Assembly: GCA_025594325.1 (NCBI GenBank)
Contig: JANHCV010000004.1
Span: forward strand, 1,984,001-2,048,000
Reading direction: 5' to 3'
Length of the DNA stretch: 64,000 nucleotides
DNA from: Blastocladiella emersonii ATCC 22665
Lineage: Eukaryota > Fungi > Blastocladiomycota
Both the position numbers and the translations under genes were made by a program. The notes beneath the pieces were generated by a model. It made no database searches, was not told the DNA's origin, and saw only the letters and a list, made by a program, of their open reading frames with translations. Numbering within the stretch: position 1 is the stretch's first letter; each line of letters opens with the position of its first letter. Shown here one piece after another: positions 20,249-33,325 of this stretch.

Positions 20249-23200
20249 ATGGACACGCCGACCCTGTCGCACATCACGCTGCGCGCGCCCGACCGCGACA
20301 AGCTGGCCGCGGCGCTCGCCTTCTACACGACGCTCGGGTTCGCGGTCGTGCGCGAGGACGACGACGGCCACTGGCTCGTCTACTTTGCGCTGTCGGACCT
20401 GAGCGCCGCGCCCGTCGTGCCGGCGCCGGCGAGCCCGGTCGTCGGCTCTGGAAACAACAACGCGTCGTCGCCGCTGCTCCCGCCGCTGCGCCTCGCGACG
20501 CCCACGGGCTTCGGCGCCGCAGACGTGCTCCCGGCGACGCTGCACCTGCGGCTCGCCGACCCGGGCGCGCCCGTGTCCCCCGTCCCGCTGCCCGAGCACC
20601 TCAACGACGCGCCCGTCTCGCTCATCTTCACGGCGCCCGACCTGCTCCCGCTCGAGAAGCTGTGCCTCACCAAGGAGTACCGCAGCGAGGCCATGAAGCG
20701 CGACGACGGCGCACAGTACCTCTACGTCGCCGACCCGCTCGGGAACGTGGTCGTGTTCACCAACAAGGCACGCGTTGCGAGGTGTTCATCACGGCACCGA
20801 TCGCAGCATGGCTGACGTGTCAATAAACGTGTAGGTGCACCCGCTCACCCAGCGCCTCGTCAACCACCCGCGCCCGGGCACTGCGCGCGCGGCCGCTGGT
20901 GCCGCCCCGTCGACGCCGTCGATCGTGCCGTTCACCGAGGGCAACGCGTACGCGGCGCTCGCCGAGCTCGGCAACGGCGGTGCCGCGACCACCCACGACC
21001 CGGCCGCGCCCAAGCGGCGCATCGGCGTGCTGACGTCGGGCGGCGACTCGCAGGGCATGAACGCGGCGGTGCGCTCGGTCGTCCGCATGGCGCACGTCAA
21101 GGGCATGGAACCCTACGCCGTGTACGACGGGTACCAGGGGCTCGTCGACAACCGCATGCAGGCGCTGGCGTGGGGCGACGTGCGCGGGCTGCTGCGGCTC
21201 GGCGGCACCGTGATCGGGTCGGCGCGGTGCATGGCGTTCCGCGAGCGCGCCGGCCGCCTGACGGGCGCCGCCAACCTCGTGCACCGCGGGATCGACGCCC
21301 TCGTCGTGATTGGCGGCGATGGGTCGCTCACGGGCGCCGACCGACTGCGCGCCGAGTGGCCGTCGCTCCTCGACGAGCTCGTGGCCACGGACCGGATCTC
21401 CGAGGAGCAGCGCAGCAAGTACGCGCACCTGACGATCGTCGGGCTCGTCGGGTCCATTGACAACGACATGAGCTCCACCGACATGACCATCGGGTGCGCG
21501 TCGGCCCTGCACCGCATCTGCGAGGGCATCGACGCCATCGAGGCCACGGCGCTGTCGCACGGCCGCGCCTTCATCATCGAGGTCATGGGCCGCCACTGCG
21601 GCTGGCTCGCCCTCATGGCGGCTCTCGCCACGGGCGCCGACTGGCTGTTTGTCCCCGAGCGCCCGCCGCTCGTCGACGACTGGGAGGCGGCGCTCGGGCA
21701 GCACCTGCAGAAGGTGCGCGACCGCGGCCAGAAGAAGATCATCATCATTGTCTCGGAGGGCGCCATCGACCGCGACCTCAACCCGATCAAGGCCGACTAC
21801 GTGCGCGACGCCCTCGCCAAGCTCAAGTTCGACGCGCGCGTCACGACGCTCGGCCACGTGCAGCGCGGTGGCAGCCCCGCCTTCTACGACCGGTACCTCG
21901 GCACCGTCCAGGGCGTGCGCGCCGTCGAGGAGATCCTCCGCGCCACCCCGGACACGCCGTCGCCCATGATCGGCATCAGCCAGAACAAGATCACGGTGCA
22001 GCCCCTCGTCAAGGCCGTTGAGCTCACCCACGCCGTCTCGGCCGCCATCGACGCCAAGCAGTTTGGCCGCGCCATGGAGCTCCGCGACCCCGAGTTTGGC
22101 CCCGCCTTCGACACGTTCGTCGCCATGAACAACCTCCCCGCCGACTGGTTCGGGACCCCGGCGTCGCTCGGGATCGCGCCGCGCGCCAACAGCCCGTCGC
22201 TCGCATCGGCCACTGTTGTGGGTGGTGGTGACGCCAAACAGGGTCTGCGCATCGGCATCCTGCACATTGGCGCGCCCGCGGGTGGGTCGAACGCGGCGAC
22301 GCGTGCGGCGGCGCTGCTCGCGCTCAACCACGGGCACACGCCGATCGCCATCTACAACGGGATCGACGGCCTGGTGCGCGGTGACATGGCGCCCATCACG
22401 CGGCGCATGGTGCTCAACTGGACGGCGCGCGGCGGGTCCGAGCTCGGGACCAACCGCGAGCAGCCGGCGGGGCAGGTGGGCGTGTGCGCGTTCCAGCTGC
22501 AGCGCAACGGGATCCAGGCGCTGCTGCTGGTCGGCGGGTTCGAGGCGTTCACGGCGCTGCACACGCTGGCCGGCGCCCGCGAGCAGTACCCGGCGCTGTG
22601 CATCCCGATGGTCCACATCCCCGCCACCATCTCCAACAACGTGCCTGGCACCGAGTACTCGCTCGGGTCCGACACGGCGCTCAACGCGATCGTCGACGCG
22701 TGCGACAAGCTGAAGCAGTCGGCCAGCGCGTCGCGCAAGCGCGTCTTTGTCATGGAGGTGCACGGCGGAAACGTCGGGTACCTGGCGACCATGGGCGGGC
22801 TCGCCGGCGGCGCCACGGGCGTGTACATTCCCGAGGAGGGGCTCAACCTCGCGCGCATCCAGCGCGACGTCGACCACCTGCAGCGCCGGTACGCGGCCGA
22901 GGGCGCCGCGACCAAGGAGGGCCGCGTGCTCCTCCGCAACGAGACGGTCAGCGACACGTACACGACCGATGTCCTGTGCAGCATCCTGCGCGCCGAGGCG
23001 CAGGGCCAGTTCGATGCGCGCGCCGCGGTCCTCGGCCACCTCCAGCAGGGCGGCGCCCCCTCGCCGCTCGACCGCATCCGCGCCACCCGCCTCGCGTCCA
23101 TGTGCATCGACTGGATCGAGCGCCACGCCACGGGCGAGCCGTGTGACGCGACCTCGCGGGTGGCTGCCGCCGCGGCTGCGGCTGCCGGCAGCGTGTACAC

Positions 23201-23429
23201 GACGACGCGCGAGTCGGCGTGCGTGATCGGGATCCGCGGCGCCGACCTCGTCTTCACGCCCGTCGCCGACCTCATGCTCCTCAACACGGACCTCAAGAAG
23301 CGCCGCGCCCGCGACGCGTGGTGGATGCCCGCCCGCGGCCTCGTCCCGCTCCTCGCCGGGTACACCATGGACGCGGCCGTCGCCGCCGCCAAGACCACGG
23401 GCAACGGCGAGCAGGCGGCTAAGCTGTGA
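20249..23429 (+). CDS. PFK1: ATP-dependent 6-phosphofructokinase with an N-terminal glyoxalase-like domain (fungal type)
   Basis: IGVLTSGGDSQGMNAAVR, GGDGSLTGA, VGSIDND, EVMGRHCGWLAL, TLGHVQRGG and a duplicated regulatory half. N-terminal DPLGNVVVFTNK|VHP is joined across a GC-AG intron at 20768-20834. Confidence 0.95.
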
Positions 23430-23839
23430 GGGTTGGATGAGAGCGTAGCTGAGTTCATTTGTCATATGTGTCAACAACAGCAACAGAGATTCATTATGCG
23501 TTACTTGCCGGCTCCAGGCTTGTAATCGCTGTGTTGGTCACGGGCAAGCGCCATAGGTGGTGGCGAAGTGATTGTGCCGAAGTCGCCGTGCCCCGCGCGT
23601 TTCGACACGCTGATCGACATCTCGAACGTCATACCGCCAAGAACAACGTGGTGAGATGTGATGTGATGATGTTCGAGGCATCACGTAGTCGCGAACAGCG
23701 ATGGCCATGATTGAGACAGCTCTTGGCCACGACCTCGCACGATGGTCATGACCTCGAACCCGCGGAGCGATGAATAATTTCCAGGAGAGCCAATTTTGCG
23801 CATCTGTTTGGATCAAAATGTATCGCATTCTAATGTGTA

Positions 23840-26800
23840 CTACCCCGTCGGTCGCGCGTTCCCGCTGAAATCCTTTCCTGGCACGGTACTCCCGAGCTGG
23901 CGCCGGATCTGCGAGCAGATCGAGTTGAGGTACTGCTTGATGGGCTTCTGGCGGTTGATGACGCCCGCGGGCACCATGAGGAGGAGCAGGCAGTTCTGCT
24001 TGATGTCCTCGCGCATGCGGCCCTGGACCTGGATCAGCGCGTACACGACGCCGCAGATCAAAAAATTAACCATGATGTGCACGTTGAGGTTGAGCGTGTG
24101 CTCGGCCTTGGTCAGGTTCTCGAAGTCCTCGAGGTGCAGGAACGCCAGAGACTCCATGCCGAGGTACATGGCCTCGCTCGACTGGAGGAACGACTCGAGC
24201 GCCTCCTGCGCGCGCGGCGTGAGCTTGCCGCCCGCCGTGGGCGATGGCGGCGAGGCCTGCGCGAGGATCAGCACCTCCTGGATCCGGTCCTCGATCATGT
24301 ACTGGAACCCCTTGGTCGTCGTCATGTTGGCGGCCATCGGGCTGTTGACGTTTGGGTTGACGGTGAACGGCTGCTGCATCAGGCTGATGTACGCGTCTGG
24401 GTGAGGGTACAGGGAGATGAAGTGCGAGATCTCCTCGAACCGCTCGCGGAACTCGCCCAGCACCTCGGAGATGCGCTCGGTCCGCGTCGTCCACTTGGAG
24501 CCGGGACGCGCAATCTCGAGGGCGTAGGCGGTGATCGGGCTAGAAGCGAAACAGAGCGCAGCGGTTAGTAGTGGCCGAGCAGTTGCCGTGACCGTGGTCG
24601 GAGTAGGCTGACGCGCGGAGATCAAACGTACTAGAGCTCGTCGCTCGAGTGCATGACCTGCTCAAAGCCCGACCGGATGTTGGACCGCACGTTGTCCGTC
24701 GAGAGCTTGAGCACGACGATGATGATGGTCGGCACAATGACGAGGAGGTAGATCGAACCGAAGACGAGATAGACCCAATAATCTGCGCGCGATGCGGGCG
24801 CCGACGTGTTGAGCGAGGCCTTGCTGCCGCTGCTGCGCTTCTCGCTCGAGGTCGTGGCCGTGTTGAGGAAGTTGTCGAGCTTGGCACCCATCATTGACCG
24901 CTCGCCGCCACTGCCACCTGGCCCCGCTCCAGGACTGCCCGCGTTGCCAAACGATGGCGAACGCGACAGCATGGCGCCGATCGCGTCGCCCTGCGTGTCT
25001 GCAAAGGACGAAGCCCGCCGCATCATGTCGTTCTCGTCGCTGTCGTTGTCGTTCTCGCGCTCTTGCGCGCCGTCGTTGTCGTCCACCTCGTACACTTGGT
25101 ACGCCTACGTGAATGGGAGGTAAGTGGACCGAAGGAACCGCGTTCGTGAAAACGACAGTAGCGTACGAGGTACGAGATGACGGGCCGCGGCATGCGCGAA
25201 ATGAGGAGCAGCGCCTTGCTCCGCTCGAGGTTGAGTCGGTGGAGCTCCGGCCAGAGCACGGCGACGAGCACGAGCTACAACGGTGAGAGGGGGCGGTGAA
25301 CCGTGAGTACGCGAGCCGACGTGTACGCGGGCCGGGCCGCAGTACGTACAATCGCGATCCCGATGTAGGCCGCCGAGGTGACGATGATGTACATGTTCTG
25401 CGCGATGGTGTGGGTCTCGACCACGTCGTCCAGGCGGTCGGCCATGAACACGACGTTCTGCAGCACCGTGTCCTTGTTGTTGACGAGGAACAACCAATCA
25501 CGGTTCGTGGACGGATCGGCCCGCGTCGCGTTGGCGAGCGCGAGCCCCGACGCCGTGACGCGGTTGATGACTTGCCAGATGGACGGGATGACGACCTTGG
25601 TGGCCACGGTCGGGTCCTCGGACACGAAGATGGACATCTCGATGTTGGTCTTGACGTCGACCTGGTCGGGGCTGCCGGGCTTGATCAGGTTGCGCAGCTG
25701 GGCGTTGTAGAAGGACAGCGACCGCGACGTCGACGTGAGGTGCGCCGCGATGTTCTCCTTGCACAGGACCGAGTTCGGGTTGACCATGTTGCAGTAGTAG
25801 ACGGTCTCGGCGTACCGGAACAGGTCGGTCGCGAGGTGCGGGTGCAGGATCGTCGTGCGGACCTGGTCGTAGTCGTCCATGGCCTGTGCGTGAAAAACGA
25901 CCGTGACGGCAATCGACGCCGACAGCAGGAGAACGAGGCTGACCCACAGCCGCTTCTGCAGGCTGTCGTGGAGCGGGTTCTTGCGCGCGTTCTTCCACGC
26001 GAGAATCAGCTTCGAGTTGCGGTCCGCGCCCGATGCCGTACTCTCGGCATCGCTACCCGTCGTCGTCGACGCCGAGTCGTACCCGCCACCGCCGCCGCCG
26101 CCGCTGCCCGCGCCGCCCGACAGCGAGGTGCTGACCGAGAGTTGCCGCGTCGGCTCTGGCGGGCCGCCTGCCGTCGGCTTGGCCGGGCCCGGGTTGGGCG
26201 GGACCCGCACGATCTGCGAACCCTGGAACTTGATCGACGAGCCGCGGAAGTCGCCGCCCTCCTTGGACATGGCGCGGCGGTTGATCTGCGCCGATGACGT
26301 GGTCGGGGATGGCCCGGCCTCGGTTGGGCGGATCGCGTGCTGCGACGCCGTCATGGCCGCCACGTCCGTCGGCCCGTTGCCGAACGCGATGGCCTCGCCC
26401 GAGCCCTCGGCGCCGCTCTCGGGCGTCGGAGACAGCATAAACCGCGTCTTGACCGCGACGCCCGTCGCGATGGCTGCGAACGAACCGAGCGGGCCTGATG
26501 ACGTGGCCGCGACGTTCGGGTTGCCCGGCGGGCTCAGGATGGCGCGGAGTATCGACTCGCGACGGTTCGGGGGCGAGGGCGACGGGGGGCTCGCCTGCTG
26601 GTTCGGCGGCGACGTGGGCAATGGCAGGAGCTCGTCGCCCTCGGACTCGTCGTCCATGTGTGGGTCGGCGCGAAGGCCGCCGTTGGCCATGTTGCCGAGC
26701 GTCCCGCCGTTACCGAACCCGGAGGGCGAGCCATGACTGTCGCCCGTGCCGGATGGGCTCGCAGTGAGCGTGGATGGACTGCCGCCGCCACCGATGGGCG

Positions 26801-29800
26801 AGATGAGCTGCGTGGTGCTTGCGTTGCGCCGGTCCATGGTCGACGTGGTGGTCGTCTGGTGCTCGCGCAGCACCTCGGCGGCCTGCTTGGTCCCGGCCAC
26901 GGGCGCGTGCGTGATGCGGACGAGGAACGAGTCGATGCCGTCGACGAGGCGGCGGACGAGCTCGAGGATGATGGGGACCGCGTTCCCGCCGCGGTGCGTG
27001 GCCGTGACCGAGAGCCGGACCGTCTCGCCCGAGAAGCTCGACACGTTGAGGTCCGGGATGAACTCGGCGAGGAACTGGCCGTGGATCGACTCGGCCGGAT
27101 ACCCGAAAATGGCCGAGGCGTCGGCGTTGGCCTGCGTCAGCATCCCGTTGTCGTCCATCATGAGCAGCCCCTCCTTGGGCATGAGCTCGATGCACTGCAG
27201 CAGCACGCCGTCGTCGATCTCGGCGCCGCTGACGGCGATCGGGATGACGGTGCGGTCGCGCGCGACCATGAGCGTGTAGTGCTGCAGCGTCGGCGGGTTG
27301 GACGTGATGCGCTCGAGGAACTGCGTGATGCTCGAGCACCCGCAGCTCTCGGGGACCGCGGGCACGATCGACGTGAAGGCGCTGTTGACGAGATCCTTGG
27401 AGTTCTGGAAGCCGAGAACGTGCGCGATGCTGGTCCCGGCCTTGAGGATGGTGCCCGACATGCTGACGAGGATCCGCAGCTACACGAGGCGGAGGCGGAT
27501 GTGTGAGTAATCTGAGAACCGTGCGTGTAGCCTACACGCAGGCCCCACGTACGTCCTCGCTGGTCTCCGAGTTGCTGTCCGTCTCGGGCGCGAGCGTGAT
27601 GGTGGCCTGGAGCACAGACGATGCCTCGCCGGCGCCGAACCCGTTGCCCGCCTGCTTGACGCGGAGGACCATGGAGAAGACGGTGCCGTCGCGGTGCACG
27701 GCGGGCAGCTTGCGGCCGGTGCTCGACCGCGTGATGGGCCCGGTGCGCAGGCGGCGGTACCGCTCGAGGAACCCGTCGTGCAGCGAGCGGTACGGCTCGG
27801 GCATGAGCATGTTGACTTTCTTGCCGACGGCGTCGTCGCGGTCGTAGCCGAACAGCGCGACAAAGTCGTCGTTGACCGTCTTCATAAGGCCTGTGCCCGC
27901 GTCGATCGAGACCTCGGCGACGAGCTGGCGCAGGTCCGTGATCGAGGACGTGAAGAAGATCTCGTTGTTGATCATGACCTCCTCGAGGCGGATCGCCACG
28001 GGAATCGTCTTGCCCGACTTGAGCTTGGCCGTGAAGAAGCGGCCGGGCGTGTCGACGACGTGCGCCTCGCCCGTCTCGAGGAAGCGCTGGATGTAGCCGT
28101 CGTGCTGCGACGCGTGCTCGCGCGGCATCAGCAGCGACACGTTCTCGCCCACAAACTCGGACGGCTTGTAACCAAACAGCGTCGTCGCGAACCGGTTGAC
28201 CATCTGGATCACGCCGTCGCGGTTGATCATGACGACCGCGCGGTTGTCGCGCTCGGGGACCGCCGAGATGATCCCGGCGAAGAGGTGCTGCTGTGCCTTC
28301 ATCTCGGTCACCTATGTGAGTGCGCGAAGCGAGTCAGTCAACCGCGACCAGTGTCCGTGAGCGAGGTCAGCGTACCGTGATTTCAATAGGGAAGCAATGC
28401 CCCTTGCTGTGAAGCCCGTACAGCATGCGCTTCGCGCCGATGAGCTTGCGCACGCCGCTCGCCTTGTAACGGTCCATGTAATCGTCGTGAAACATGCGCC
28501 ACGGAAACGGGATGAGCGTGTTGACCTTGCGCTCGACGAGCTCGTTGCGGTGGTTGTAGCCGAACAGCCTTAGCGATCCGCCGTTCACCTCCTGGATCGT
28601 GCCCGCCTGGTTGACGACGACCACTGCGGTTCGGTTGTACTGCGCGAACCCGCCGCCCGCGATCAGCCCGGCGCTGTCTTGGCCGTCGGCACCGCCGAAA
28701 TTGCGTGCCTGCTCCTCGTCGCGCAACCTTGCCGACTCGGCGAGGTTCGCGTACGTGTCGGCCAGCTCGCTGTCGTTGAGCACGAGCCGCGCAAAGTTGG
28801 AGTAGGCCTTGAGGATGTGCGTCGCTTTCGGGTACTAGACACGACGGAAGGCAGAGTGTGACGTGAGTTCACGGTGGCCATGGCCATGGGTCAGTCAAGA
28901 GCACGTACGCGCGACAGCAGCTGCCGATAAAACTCGTCAGCGCGGCGCGTGTTGGTGATGATGAGGCGGACGGCGGCCTCGAACGCCTGGAACTGGACGC
29001 GGCGCGAGAGGAACAAGATCCAGAACTGCTGGATCGACGCGACGCACTTGGCGTGGTACCGCTTGGCCTCGGTGTAGCTGCGCTGGAACTCGACGTACTG
29101 GAGGAGGTCGAGGCGGTCGGTGCCCGAGATCACGTTCTTGGTCGCCGACTTCTGCTCGCGGTCCATGTCGCGGCAGAAGAGGAAGAAGCGCGCCGAGAGC
29201 GACGGCGACAGGTTCGGGATCGCCTCCCACGTCGTTGCGTCCGTCGGGATCGTCGAGTAGCTGTCGTCGTGGTTGGCCGCGCGCTCCGCGTTCATCGTGT
29301 CGACAAAGTTGCAGTAGAGCATGTGCAGCCACACGTTGTTGACATGCACGGCGAGCGCAGCGCGGTACCACGCTTCGACGACGCGCCACGCCTTTCGCCG
29401 CAGCAGGAACCGACCGATGATCTCGACGGTGCTGACGCTCTGCAGCATGGACCGGAGCGTCGGGTTGTCGAGCGCGCGCTCGTGCAGCGACTCGTTGCGG
29501 AAGCCCGACGGGCCCCCTCCGTTGATGCCGGCGAGCGGGGCGGTGCTGCGGACCACGGGGCACCCGCCGCGGCCCAGGCCGCCGTTGGTGCCAGCGTCCG
29601 ACAGGTTCCCGCGCGACTGCATGACCGTCGAGCCGCGGCCGCCGGCGGGGCGGTCGAACGAGAGCTGCGCCGTGTCAAGCTCGGCCTGCACGAGGACGCT
29701 GAGGCGGCGGAACGTCTCGATGCGCGACTTGGCGAGCCGGTACCCGACGTAGCCCGAGAAGGGGAACCCGATGACGAGCACGTAGTCGATGGCGCGGTTC

Positions 29801-30801
29801 TGGCCCGGGGACGCGTGCTCGGAGACCATGCTTATAAGGCCGCAGAAGGCGAGCCAGATGAGCGAGGCGAGGAGGCCGCTCTGGGCGCGCGTCGTGGCCG
29901 AGTGGTGGAAGGGGAGGACCGACAGCAGGTGGTACTCGATGAAGACGAGCGAGACGAGGAAGATGGAGGCCATGATGATGGGCGAGTGCAGCGCGTAGAG
30001 TGCCTCGCCTTCGAAGATGAAGATGAACGTGAGGATGGTCGCGTACACGTTGAACGACGGCACGCTGGCGGAGATGAGCTCGTTGCGCGAGTAGTGCAGC
30101 GTGACGGGTCCGAGGATGGTGCCGAGGAGGTACGGCAGCAGAAACACGGTCGAGACGATGCCGATGATCCCCGGGGCCAGCCACAGCGGGTCGGTGAAGC
30201 ACTGCACGTGCGGGAAGTCGAGCAGCGCGCCGGTCGACGGGTCGCAGAAGTACGGCGTCAATAGCACACTGATGCTGGAGACGGTGAAGAACTTGAGCAT
30301 GACCGAGACGAGGAGGTTGAGGATCTTGATGGCCCACAGCTGCTTGAAATCGCGCCGCGAAAAGGCCAGCATGCAGACCCCCGTGATGACGACGATGGCC
30401 GCACTGAGGAAGGTGAAGACGCCGAACACGATCAAAAAGTCCGGGGCAAAGTACCCGGGACGGTACGGCGTTCGGAACTGCAGGAACACGGGGATCTGGC
30501 CGTAGGCCATCGTCAGCGGGCCGCTACACGGGGGTTGATGGCGACGTCAGCCGATGACCGCGTCGGTTTACGAGCTGCGCAATACGTACAACTGGTAGGC
30601 CACCGAACCGAAAATGTATCCCGCGACGTGGACCCAGTCCGAGAGCAGGTCGAGCGCCGTGGAGACGTATTCGGGCCGCGGCGGCTCTGTCTTGGACCGC
30701 ATGACATAGAGCACGAAGAAGAATGCATCTTGCAGTTGCTTGATCTTGCTCGCCTTGGACGCGAACGCGGCCAGCGTCTCGGGGTTATCATTTTTCTCCA
30801 T
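23840..30801 (-). CDS. TmcB/FXL-type multi-pass membrane protein with multiple PAS domains (three FixL-like)
   Basis: N-terminal TM bundle, then a helical region (YTEAKRYHAKC, YARFVLNDSELA), about five PAS repeats (e.g. NVSLLMPREHASQHDGYIQRF), a low-complexity linker and further TM segments. Multiple introns. No kinase or cyclase motif seen. Confidence 0.8.
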
Positions 30802-31338
30802 GTTGCAGGGAGTGAATCGCAGATCGGAGTAAAAGGGCCTCGGATTTGAGAGAAGCAAGCGTGTGCAGGCCGAAGTTGGCGATGCGACACGACGCGTCGT
30901 GACACGCGGCGTGCTTCTGAAACGCGACGCGTTGCGCCCCGGCCTCTCCTCGCCTAACCATCTCCGCACTGTGCCCCGCACTCCCCGCATCCCCCGCACG
31001 CGTAAGGCCACGTGTCAATAGACTGTAAGGGAGACGCGTTCTGGACCGGACCTTGCTTGACTTTCCTTGCTCCAGCTTGCTTCCTTGCTTCAGCGCGATC
31101 ACGCGCCCAGCACAGTGCGAGACGCCTCCCGCGGACCGCCACCCTGACCCGGCCCCGCTGCTGGTGTCCGATTGCGAGGCGTGCTGTAGGATGCAAACAC
31201 GGACCCGTCTCCCGGGCCTGATCAAGAGCATGTTCTCGCCTTCGCTCAAAGTGTGTTACAATCAATTGAATATCTGTCGATGACATGACACATGCGGATG
31301 GAGGGTTGGGACAAGAAACACCAATCGACAACTACTTA

Positions 31339-32393
31339 CTCACAGCTTAGCCGCCTGCTCGCCGTTGCCCGTGGTCTTGGCGGCGGCAACGGCCGCGTCC
31401 ATGGTGTACCCGGCGAGGAGCGGGACGAGTCCGCGGGCGGGCATCCACCACGCGTCGCGGGCGCGGCGCTTCTTGAGGTCCGTGTTGAGGAGCATGAGGT
31501 CGGCGACGGGCGTGAAGACGAGGTCGGCGCCGCGGATCCCGATCACGCACGCCGACTCGCGCGTCGTCGTGTACACGCTGCCGGCAGCCGCAGCCGCGGC
31601 GGCAGCCACCCGCGAGGTCGCGTCACACGGCTCGCCCGTGGCGTGGCGCTCGATCCAGTCGATGCACATGGACGCGAGGCGGGTGGCGCGGATGCGGTCG
31701 AGCGGCGAGGGGGCGCCGCCCTGCTGGAGGTGGCCGAGGACCGCGGCGCGCGCATCGAACTGGCCCTGCGCCTCGGCGCGCAGGATGCTGCACAGGACAT
31801 CGGTCGTGTACGTGTCGCTGACCGTCTCGTTGCGGAGGAGCACGCGGCCCTCCTTGGTCGCGGCGCCCTCGGCCGCGTACCGGCGCTGCAGGTGGTCGAC
31901 GTCGCGCTGGATGCGCGCGAGGTTGAGCCCCTCCTCGGGAATGTACACGCCCGTGGCGCCGCCGGCGAGCCCGCCCATGGTCGCCAGGTACCCGACGTTT
32001 CCGCCGTGCACCTCCATGACAAAGACGCGCTTGCGCGACGCGCTGGCCGACTGCTTCAGCTTGTCGCACGCGTCGACGATCGCGTTGAGCGCCGTGTCGG
32101 ACCCGAGCGAGTACTCGGTGCCAGGCACGTTGTTGGAGATGGTGGCGGGGATGTGGACCATCGGGATGCACAGCGCCGGGTACTGCTCGCGGGCGCCGGC
32201 CAGCGTGTGCAGCGCCGTGAACGCCTCGAACCCGCCGACCAGCAGCAGCGCCTGGATCCCGTTGCGCTGCAGCTGGAACGCGCACACGCCCACCTGCCCC
32301 GCCGGCTGCTCGCGGTTGGTCCCGAGCTCGGACCCGCCGCGCGCCGTCCAGTTGAGCACCATGCGCCGCGTGATGGGTGCCATGTCGCCGCGC
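31339..32393 (-). pseudogene. Inverted partial duplicate (1,055 bp) of the PFK 3' coding region
   Basis: Reverse complement of 22376-23430. I found 4 substitutions, all synonymous and all near the two ends. Homology stops one base after the stop codon. Confidence 0.9.
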
Positions 32394-32400
32394 CCGGTAG

Positions 32401-33325
32401 GAGCGAAACCCGCGAGAGGCTCGCGTACGCGGGCGTGTGCTTGGTGCGCTGCTCCGCCTCTGTTCACTCCTTGCCGCGAGTCGCGTGGTCAAAGTTGTTG
32501 AGCAAGTCCGCAGCCTTCATGACGAGGAACCGCTTGTGCTTTGCTGCAGATTCCGTTGATCTCGCGGCGAAGGTACCGCGCCAAACGTCGGCGGCGGGTA
32601 CTTCTGGAGGTTCTGGACCGTCCTCAAGGACGTTTTCGGGATCGACGCCGATCTGCGACTCGGCAGCAGCGTCTGCCGTGGTTGACGCGCCGATGAGCGG
32701 CGACTGCCCGCCTTGCGGAGCGACAGGAGCGGTTCCAGCAGCGGCCTGCGCTGCAGATGCGGCGCTCGGCATCCCGTTCGACTTCATTGCGCAGGTGCAG
32801 CCGCAGCAGCAGCAGCAGATCACCACGCCGGCGCCGCCGCCTTTGGCGCCCACGGCGCCCGCCATGCCCCCGCCGGCCTCGTACTTAAGCCTGCCCTCCA
32901 CCCCCTCTTCCTCGTCGACGGCGCCGAACACGCTGAAAAAATTCCTGGCGCAGCACCGCAGCGCCGCATCTGCAGCGCCGGCCGCTGCTGGAACCGCTCC
33001 TGTCGCTCCGCAAGGCGGGCAGTCGCCGCTCATCGGCGCGTCAACCACGGCAGACGCTGCTGCCGAGTCGCAGATCGGCGTCGATCCCGAAAACGTCCTT
33101 GAGGACGGTCCAGAACCTCCAGAAGTACCCGCCGCCGACGTTTGGCGCGGTACCTTCGCCGCGAGATCAACGGAATCTGCAGCAAAGCACAAGCGGTTCC
33201 TCGTCATGAAGGCTGCGGACTTGCTCAACAACTTTGACCACGCGACTCGCGGCAAGGAGTGAACAGAGGCGGAGCAGCGCACCAAGCACACGCCCGCGTA
33301 CGCGAGCCTCTCGCGGGTTTCGCTC
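32401..33325. repeat. 366-bp near-perfect inverted repeat (foldback) with a 193-bp spacer
   Basis: Arms at 32401-32766 and 32960-33325; one mismatch seen. Confidence 0.9.

Noticed and set aside
23840-30801. Recent bacterial horizontal transfer of a FixL gene
   Set aside because: The gene has several spliceosomal introns, host-like codon usage and the eukaryotic TmcB/FXL architecture rather than a PAS-histidine kinase.
33260-33262. Programmed TGA read-through or selenocysteine in the helicase
   Set aside because: The same ORF has additional frameshifts and a deletion, so simple pseudogenisation is more parsimonious.
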